NCBI GenBank assembly: GCA_002421865.1
Contig: DISE01000036.1
Location: 766 to 64,765, forward strand
Reading direction: 5' to 3'
Length of the DNA stretch: 64,000 bases
DNA from: Castellaniella sp. UBA6218
GTDB taxonomy: Bacteria; Pseudomonadota; Gammaproteobacteria; Burkholderiales; Burkholderiaceae_B
Shown here: positions 57,496 through 64,000 of the stretch, one piece after another
Position numbering within the stretch: the first letter of the stretch is position 1
Layout: the number at the start of each line of letters is the position of its first letter
Made by a program: the position numbers and the translations under genes
The notes under the pieces: generated by a model
The model's input: the letters and a program-made list of their open reading frames with translations, nothing else
Told to the model about the DNA's origin: nothing
Databases searched by the model: none

Positions 57496-57915
57496 CTACA
57501 CTTGATCGAAATGCACGATCTCGAAGCTGAGCCGGCCCTGCTCGTCGCGGCCGACGGAATAACCCAGGTGTTCGCGCACGCTGTTGTCGGGATTGAACGT
57601 CAGCACTACCGGTTTGATGTGTTCCAGTTCGGATTCCTGGATGTATTCCGAGTTGGCGATGATGACCTCGTCGCCGCGCTGGCAGGTGCGCGCGGCGGCG
57701 CCGTTCAGGATGCAGCAGCGCGATCCGCGCTCGCCGTAGATCACATAGGTGCTGATGCGGGCGCCGGAATTCTTGTTCCAGATGTCCACGAATTCCATGG
57801 GGAGGATGCCTGCGGCCTCGCAATGGTCGGGGTCCAGTGTGATGGAGCCGTGGTAGTCCAGGTCGGCCCCGGTGACGCGAATGCCATGCAATTTGGCGCG
57901 GACGATTTTTCTCAC
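57496..57915 (-). CDS. panD: Aspartate 1-decarboxylase
   Basis: KLH..VT.ADL.Y.GSIT.D, NGAAAR. Confidence 0.92.
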   Translation of the reverse strand: MRKIVRAKLHGIRVTGADLDYHGSITLDPDHCEAAGILPMEFVDIWNKNSGARISTYVIYGERGSRCCILNGAAARTCQRGDEVIIANSEYIQESELEHIKPVVLTFNPDNSVREHLGYSVGRDEQGRLSFEIVHFDQV

Positions 57916-58095
57916 TTGAAATCCGGAGGAAGAAATTGATCAATCGGCATTTTAGCGCGTTGCATTGCAGCATCAGTCGATGTCCGGGAAGCACCTCCGG
58001 GTATGTGCATTTAATTATAATGTGATGTTCATCGAATGAAGGCGTGCCAGTCATGGGCGCCAAGTTCGGACATGCGGATCATTGGACGGAACCTT

Positions 58096-59715
58096 ATGTT
58101 TGCTGCGCGGGAAGCCTGGAAAGCAGGGCTGTGGTCACCCAGGCACTGGGCGGGCAATATCGTGGCGGGCGTGATTGTCGGCGTGGTGGCGCTGCCGCTC
58201 GCCATGGCCTTCGCGATCGCTTCCGGGGTCAAGCCCGAGCAAGGCCTGTACACCGCCATCGTAGCGGGCGTGGTGGTGTCCCTGTTCGGCGGCAGCCGGG
58301 TACAGATCGCCGGCCCCACGGGGGCCTTCATCGTCATCCTGTCGGGTATCGTCGCCGAACACGGGGTCGAGGGCCTGCAGATCGCCACCCTGATGGCGGG
58401 CCTGATCTTGTGCGCCTTCGGCCTGGCACGCCTGGGTGGCGTGATCCGGTTCATTCCCCTGCCGGTGATTCTGGGTTTCACCGCTGGCATCGGCATCATC
58501 ATCTGGGTCGGCCAGTGGCAGGCCTTTTTCGGCCTGCCGGCGGTGCCGGGTCATTTCTTCCATGAAAAACTCTGGTTTCTGGTGCGGCACCTGGCCGAGC
58601 TGGATCCGGTGACCACCGCCTTCGGTCTCGGGTCGCTGGCGCTGGTGCTGCTGCCCAGGCGGGTGCCTATGCTTCGGCGGATTCCCGGCCCCCTGCTGGC
58701 CCTGATCGTGGCGACGGTCCTGCAGGGGATTGCCCAATTCCCGCAACTGGCCACCATCGGCAGCACTTTCGGTGAATTGCCGCGCGGATTGCCAATGCCG
58801 CATTGGCCAGCGGGCGGGCTGGACCGGATCGTGCCGCTGATCGGCCCGGCGTTCACCATCGCCTTGCTGGGTGCCATCGAATCGCTGCTGTCGGCCGTCG
58901 TCGCCGACAGCATGGCCGGGACGCGGCACGATTCGAACGCCGAACTGCTCGGCCAGGGTCTTGCCAATGTGATCAGTCCCTTGTTTGGCGGGATCGCGGC
59001 CACGGGCGCCATCGCCCGGACGGCCACCAACATCCGCAGCGGCGGCATCGCGCCGCTGGCGGGTGTGGTCCATGCCCTGGTGCTGGCGCTGGTGCTGCTG
59101 GCGTTCGCGCCGCTGGCGCGCAACATTCCGCTGGCCACCCTGGCCGCGATCCTGTTCGTGGTCGCCTGGAACATGAGCGAGGCGCATCGCGTGGTGCGCC
59201 TGGTCCGACAGGCGCCCCGCGCGGACGCGATCATCATGTGCCTGACCCTGCTGCTGACGGTTTTCGCCGACCTCGTCGTGGCGGTCAACATCGGCATCGT
59301 GCTGTCCGTCCTGCACTTTCTGCGCCGCATGGCGTCCAGCGTCGATGTGGCGCCGGTGGCGGTCCCGGACGGTGCGGCCGGCGAGGATGGCCCGCGCGTC
59401 CTCGCGCTGAGGGTCCGGGGGCCTCTGTTCTTCGCCGCGGTCGAGCCCTTGCGGGCCGCATTCCGGGATGCGCGCGCCCCCGTGCTGATCCTGTGCCTGG
59501 ATCAGTCGCCGTTCGCAGATGCCACGGCGCTGCAGGCGCTCGATGACGAGATAGCGGCCGCGCAGACGCGCGGCGTGCGTGTGATCCTGTGCGGCGCCGA
59601 GGCCAGGATCCGCGCCAAACTGAATCGCATGGGCACCTTGTCCAGGTTGGGCGCGCGCGATTTCCAGCCGGACCTCGCGGCGGCGCTGGCCTCGGCGGAT
59701 TCGGCGCGGACCTGA
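58096..59715 (+). CDS. SulP anion transporter with STAS domain
   Basis: ALPLAMAFAIASG, GPTGAF. Confidence 0.92.
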   Translation: MFAAREAWKAGLWSPRHWAGNIVAGVIVGVVALPLAMAFAIASGVKPEQGLYTAIVAGVVVSLFGGSRVQIAGPTGAFIVILSGIVAEHGVEGLQIATLMAGLILCAFGLARLGGVIRFIPLPVILGFTAGIGIIIWVGQWQAFFGLPAVPGHFFHEKLWFLVRHLAELDPVTTAFGLGSLALVLLPRRVPMLRRIPGPLLALIVATVLQGIAQFPQLATIGSTFGELPRGLPMPHWPAGGLDRIVPLIGPAFTIALLGAIESLLSAVVADSMAGTRHDSNAELLGQGLANVISPLFGGIAATGAIARTATNIRSGGIAPLAGVVHALVLALVLLAFAPLARNIPLATLAAILFVVAWNMSEAHRVVRLVRQAPRADAIIMCLTLLLTVFADLVVAVNIGIVLSVLHFLRRMASSVDVAPVAVPDGAAGEDGPRVLALRVRGPLFFAAVEPLRAAFRDARAPVLILCLDQSPFADATALQALDDEIAAAQTRGVRVILCGAEARIRAKLNRMGTLSRLGARDFQPDLAAALASADSART

Positions 59716-59725
59716 TCCGCCGACG

Positions 59726-59920
59726 CTACGGCCGGGCCCGCGGCTTGCTGGGTGTCCAGTCCACGTCGTGGCGGGCCAGGTATTCCCGGATCAGTTGCCG
59801 CACCACCTGCGAAGGCGTCAGATCCTGGCGGGCGCAGAGCTGCTCGAAGGCTTTTTTCTTGTTCGGATCGATCAGCACGGTCAGGCGTGCGGTCTTGTTT
59901 TCCAGCGGGGTCGGGCTCAT
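59726..59920 (-). CDS. CopG/RHH regulator
   Basis: ARLTVLIDP.KK.AF...TPSQVVR. Confidence 0.85.
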   Translation of the reverse strand: MSPTPLENKTARLTVLIDPNKKKAFEQLCARQDLTPSQVVRQLIREYLARHDVDWTPSKPRARP

Positions 59921-60675
59921 GTCTCGGGTCTCGGTCGGGCCGGCGCGGTCGTCGGCAACGGCGGCCGGATCCGCAGGGTTTCTCGCAGCCGTGCCTCCAG
60001 GACCGCCGCAAAATCCGGATGCTCGTCCGGCGGCAGCAGGCGGTCCAGCGTCGTGATCCGGTCCGCATCATAGCGGCGGGCGGATCCCAGCGCGGCTTCC
60101 AGCGCGTTGGCGCGCGCCGTCAGTTCGGCGGGATCGCCCTGCGCCAGGATCAGGGCATGAACAAGCCCCACGTGGCGGTCGGGCGCGTGTCCGGGGATGC
60201 GCCGCCAGACCTGCGCAGTGCCGGCGATCTTGCGGGTGGGGGACGGCACGGCCAGATTGTACCTGCCGTCGCAGAACGAGCCTTCGACCGGCTGTGCCCG
60301 GGTCTCGATGCCGAAGGTGGCCAGCGCGTCGCTGATCAGCGCGCACAGGTGCCGGTAGAGGGCTTCGGAATGATCGAGCGGCCGGCCGGCGAATACCTGC
60401 GCCAGACTCAGGTTCAAGATGCCCGGCCCCTGGGGCACCACGCCGCCCCCCGATTGCCGTACGTGGACGGGGCATCCCCGGGCGGTGAAGTCGGCCTGGA
60501 CCGCCGCGAATGCCGGACGGGCCGCGTAGGTGCGAGGCACCACCAGCCCAGGGGCCGTTCGCCAGAGGCAGGCGACCGGCTCCTGGATGGCTGCGGCCAG
60601 CAGGACTTCGTCGGCCAGCGGGCCGGCGCCGAAAGGGATGTCCAGCAGGCGGTAGTCGGAATGCGGGTCCGGCAT
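59917..60675 (-). CDS. Lipoate-protein ligase family protein
   Basis: R.SGGG.V, SFCDG.Y, KIAGTAQ. Confidence 0.85.
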   Translation of the reverse strand: MPDPHSDYRLLDIPFGAGPLADEVLLAAAIQEPVACLWRTAPGLVVPRTYAARPAFAAVQADFTARGCPVHVRQSGGGVVPQGPGILNLSLAQVFAGRPLDHSEALYRHLCALISDALATFGIETRAQPVEGSFCDGRYNLAVPSPTRKIAGTAQVWRRIPGHAPDRHVGLVHALILAQGDPAELTARANALEAALGSARRYDADRITTLDRLLPPDEHPDFAAVLEARLRETLRIRPPLPTTAPARPRPET

Positions 60676-60686
60676 GGGTGTGAGGC

Positions 60687-61160
60687 TTACCGGGACAGTT
60701 GGGTTGCCGCGAAGGTGTCGTCGTCCATGAAGAGATAGCGGATCGCGTCGATCAGCCCCACCACGACGGCCAGGGGCAAGAAGATCCAGCAGAGGATCAG
60801 CAGTCCCAGACCCCAGCCGATCTGGCCCAGGTAAAAGCGGTGCGCGCCGAGCCAGCCCAGGAAAACCGCCAGCACGATGGCGATCTTGCGCTGGCCGGCC
60901 GGTTGGCCCAGTGCATCGCCGCGCGAGCGCAGGATCCACAGGCTGGCGGGGACGGTCAGGGCCAGCGCCAGCAGGACCTTGCCGGTGTGGGCGCGCAGAT
61001 AGTCCGCCGCGGCGTAATACAGGTCGCCGAAGTTGCGGATCAGCACGCCTGTCAGGGACGAGATCCAGGCGAACACTTCGCGGAAGACGCTTTCCCCGAA
61101 GCTCAGGGCGAGCAGGATGACGAGGAAGATCGCCACGACCAGGATCAGTTTCTTCAGCAT
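60687..61160 (-). CDS. TM2-domain membrane protein
   Basis: LG.LGAHRFYLG. Confidence 0.85.
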   Translation of the reverse strand: MLKKLILVVAIFLVILLALSFGESVFREVFAWISSLTGVLIRNFGDLYYAAADYLRAHTGKVLLALALTVPASLWILRSRGDALGQPAGQRKIAIVLAVFLGWLGAHRFYLGQIGWGLGLLILCWIFLPLAVVVGLIDAIRYLFMDDDTFAATQLSR

Positions 61161-61257
61161 GGGGGTCCTGTGCTTGTGAGGCCCGGCCATACGCCGGTCA
61201 CGCGCCCGGCCGGGCGCGTGCAAGGCCTCATTTTATCGGGATTGCGGGCGGTCCGGT

Positions 61258-62751
61258 TCAGCGCGCGCAGGCCTGGCGGATCGCGTGGTCCCATTCCGCC
61301 AGCCGCCTGGCCGCCTCGTCGCGCGGCATGAGCGGCTCGAAACGGCGTTCGACCCTCCAGAGCGATTCCAGCTCCCGCAGGTCGGCGTAGACCCCGGCCT
61401 GCAGGCCGGCCAGAAAGGCCGCTCCAAGGGCCGTGGTTTCCACCATGGTGGGACGCAGGACGGGAATGCCCAGGAGGTCCGCCTGGAACTGCATCAGCAG
61501 ATCATTGACGCAGGCGCCGCCGTCTACGCGCAGTTCCTGCAGCGGGGCCGCGCCGGCTGCCTGGGCGTCGCGACTCATGGCCTGCAGCAGGGCGGCGCTC
61601 TGGTAGGCGATGCTTTCCAGGGCTGCCCGGGCGATATGGGCCATCGAGGTGCCGCGCGTCAGGCCGGTGATGGTGCCGCGCGCGTCGGGATCCCACCAGG
61701 GCGCTCCCAGGCCGGTGAAGGCAGGCACGAACATCACGCCGCCCGAGTCCGGCACGCTGCGGGACAGTTCTTCGATGTCGCTGCTGCGCACGAAAGCGCG
61801 CAGGCCATCACGCAGCCACTGGACCACGGCGCCACCCACGAATACGCTGCCCTCCAGCGCGTAGGCGGGGCGCGTGTCGGGCTGTGCCGCACTGGTCGTC
61901 ACCAGACCGTTGCCTGATACCTGGAAGCGGTCGCCCGTGTGCATCAACATGAAGCAACCGGTGCCATAGGTGTTCTTCGCCATGCCGGGATGAAAGCACG
62001 CCTGGCCGAACAAGGCGCTCTGCTGATCGCCGGCCACGCCGCAGATCGGCACGGCAAGGCCCAGCAGTTCGGGGTCCGTGGCGCCGAAATCGGCCGATGA
62101 AGGCAGGATGCCGGGCATCATGCGTGCCGGCACGTCCAGCCAGTCGAGCAGTTCCGGATCCCAGGCGTTGGTATGCACGTCCATCAGCATGGTGCGCGCC
62201 GCATTGCTGACGTCGGTCAGGTGGTGCCGGCCGCCTGTCAGATTCCAGATCAGCCAGCTGTCCACGGTGCCGAACAACAGATCCCCGGCCTGGGCGCGGG
62301 CGCGTGCGCCAGGGACATGGTCCAGGATCCATTTCAGCTTGGTGGCGGAGAAATAGGCATCGACGCGCAGGCCGGTGCGTTTCAGGATCTCCGGTTCCAG
62401 GCCTTGCTCGCGCAGATCGGCGCAGGTCGGTTCAGCCCGGCGGTCCTGCCAGACGATCGCCCTGTGGATGGGCTCCCCCGTGCGGCGGTCCCAGACCACG
62501 GTGGTCTCGCGCTGGTTGGTGATGCCGATGGCGCGGATGTCGCGCGCGGCTACGCCGGCCCGGTGGATGGCCTCGCCGATCGTGTCGCGCTGCGTCTGCC
62601 AGATTTCCAGCGGATCATGTTCGACCCAGCCGGGCTGCGGATAATGCTGGGTGAATTCCCGCTGTGCCAGGCCCACGATGCGGCCCTGACGGTCGAAGAC
62701 GATGCTGCGGGTGCTGGAAGTGCCCTGGTCCAGGGCGAGCAGGTAAGTCAT
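61258..62751 (-). CDS. glpK: Glycerol kinase
   Basis: [23 protein letters not shown]. Confidence 0.96.
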   Translation of the reverse strand: MTYLLALDQGTSSTRSIVFDRQGRIVGLAQREFTQHYPQPGWVEHDPLEIWQTQRDTIGEAIHRAGVAARDIRAIGITNQRETTVVWDRRTGEPIHRAIVWQDRRAEPTCADLREQGLEPEILKRTGLRVDAYFSATKLKWILDHVPGARARAQAGDLLFGTVDSWLIWNLTGGRHHLTDVSNAARTMLMDVHTNAWDPELLDWLDVPARMMPGILPSSADFGATDPELLGLAVPICGVAGDQQSALFGQACFHPGMAKNTYGTGCFMLMHTGDRFQVSGNGLVTTSAAQPDTRPAYALEGSVFVGGAVVQWLRDGLRAFVRSSDIEELSRSVPDSGGVMFVPAFTGLGAPWWDPDARGTITGLTRGTSMAHIARAALESIAYQSAALLQAMSRDAQAAGAAPLQELRVDGGACVNDLLMQFQADLLGIPVLRPTMVETTALGAAFLAGLQAGVYADLRELESLWRVERRFEPLMPRDEAARRLAEWDHAIRQACAR

Positions 62752-62763
62752 GACTGGATATCC

Positions 62764-63528
62764 TCAGGGGGCGATGACGCAGTCCACGCCGGCGGCCTTG
62801 AGCAGACCAGGGAAAGGTTCCGGGGGGCGTGCGTTGGTGAACAGGCGGCCGATCTGGGACAGTTCTCCCAGCCTGACCATGGCCGGACGGTGGAATTTGC
62901 TGGTATCCGCGGCCATCCAGACCTCCCGGGCCGACTGCATGATGGCCTGGGACACCTTGACCTCGCGGAAGTCGTAGTCGCGCAGCGTCCCGTCGGCCTC
63001 GATGCCGGATATGCCCATCAGCGCGATGTCGGCGCGGAACTGGCGGATGAATTCCACCGTGGCTTCACCCACGATGCCCAGGTCGCGGGCGCGTACGTTG
63101 CCTCCGGCCAGGATGACCTCGCAACCGGGCTGCCGGCCCAGGGTGTAGGCCACATTGACGTTGTTGGTGATGATCCGCAGCCCTGTATGGCCGGACAGCG
63201 CGCGCGCGATCGCTTCCGTGGTGGTGCCGATGTTGATCAGCAGCGAACAGTCGTTGGGAATCTCGCGCGCGATGGCCTGGGCGATGCGTTCCTTTTCGGC
63301 GGCGTGCAGTTGGGCGCGCTGGCGATAGGCGATGTTCTCGATGGTCGAATTGGGCAGCCGGACCCCGCCGTGGAAGCGGACCAGCAGGTTCGCTTCGGCG
63401 AGGCGCTGGACGTCGCGGCGGACCGTCTGGACCGTGACGTCCAGGTCGCCGGCCAGGGTTTCCAGGCTGCAGGAACCCGTGCCCTGCAGGCGGTTGAGCA
63501 GCTTGATCTGGCGGGGGTTGGGGTGCAT
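62764..63528 (-). CDS. glpR: DeoR-family glycerol regulator
   Basis: VT.QTVRRD, NIGTT; upstream of glpK. Confidence 0.88.
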   Translation of the reverse strand: MHPNPRQIKLLNRLQGTGSCSLETLAGDLDVTVQTVRRDVQRLAEANLLVRFHGGVRLPNSTIENIAYRQRAQLHAAEKERIAQAIAREIPNDCSLLINIGTTTEAIARALSGHTGLRIITNNVNVAYTLGRQPGCEVILAGGNVRARDLGIVGEATVEFIRQFRADIALMGISGIEADGTLRDYDFREVKVSQAIMQSAREVWMAADTSKFHRPAMVRLGELSQIGRLFTNARPPEPFPGLLKAAGVDCVIAP

Positions 63529-63660
63529 GGAATCGGCCTTCGTCATGACCGGCACACTGTACAGCGAAAGGAAAGGAAAGAATCTTAGGGTTTATATGGA
63601 CAGAAAAAAGAGTGAAAACGAACAATAATTCACAAAAAGGAACTTTTGGAGTAAGGGCCC

Positions 63661-64000
63661 ATGCAACTCGAGCTGGCTCGCGTCGCCAAGAAAGTCGGCG
63701 CCGAAACCTGGCTTCACCCCCTGGACCTGACGCCGCGGGAATCCGCCGTCACGGTGCTGTTGGGCGTGACCCGCGCGGGCAAGACCAGCCTGATGCGGTT
63801 GATGGCCGGTCTGGACGTCCCCACCACCGGCCGGGTTCTGGTCGACGGCGTCGACGTCACCGGCCTTCCGGTGCGTCACCGCAACGTCGCCATGGTGTAT
63901 CAGCAGTTCATCAATTACCCGTCCATGACGGTGGCCGCCAACATCGCTTCGCCGCTGCGGCTGCGCGGCGAAGCCGACTTCATGCCCCGGGTGCGCGAGA
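63661..64000 (+). CDS. ABC transporter ATP-binding protein (partial; probable glycerol uptake)
   Basis: MQLELARV...LLGVTRAGKTSLMR...VAMVYQQFINYP; runs off the window. Confidence 0.85.
   Translation, partial: MQLELARVAKKVGAETWLHPLDLTPRESAVTVLLGVTRAGKTSLMRLMAGLDVPTTGRVLVDGVDVTGLPVRHRNVAMVYQQFINYPSMTVAANIASPLRLRGEADFMPRVRE

Overview
About 1-40.4 kb is most of a lambdoid, long-tailed (siphovirus-type) prophage integrated at the 3' end of a tRNA-Asn(GTT) gene (40399-40474, minus). Its other end and the integrase lie beyond the left edge. Order: leftward early operon (RecT, RecE-like nuclease), PL/OL, about 5.6 kb of accessory genes at the lambda rex position, a short repressor without a peptidase domain, OR/PR, cro, cII, nin/replication/Q genes, packaging, head, tail, two fibre modules, lysis, and a terminal XRE-HTH + ImmA/IrrE + 40-aa peptide module. 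From 40.5 to 64 kb is GC-rich host chromosome, probably a denitrifying betaproteobacterium (Alcaligenaceae-like; inference): MarR-Emr efflux, norR-norB (qNor), TPP riboswitch-cytX, panD, sulP, glpK/glpR. Most notable: (i) the XRE/IrrE/micro-peptide module with a folded leader and a predicted counter-transcribed ~100-nt RNA; (ii) a LexA-box-controlled 74-aa ORF beside PL, a candidate antirepressor for the non-cleavable CI; (iii) a conserved repeat at gene boundaries of the cargo array behind cI; (iv) a 1.6-kb stretch between cro and cII with open frames on both strands. Family calls come from motif recognition and gene order, not database searches.
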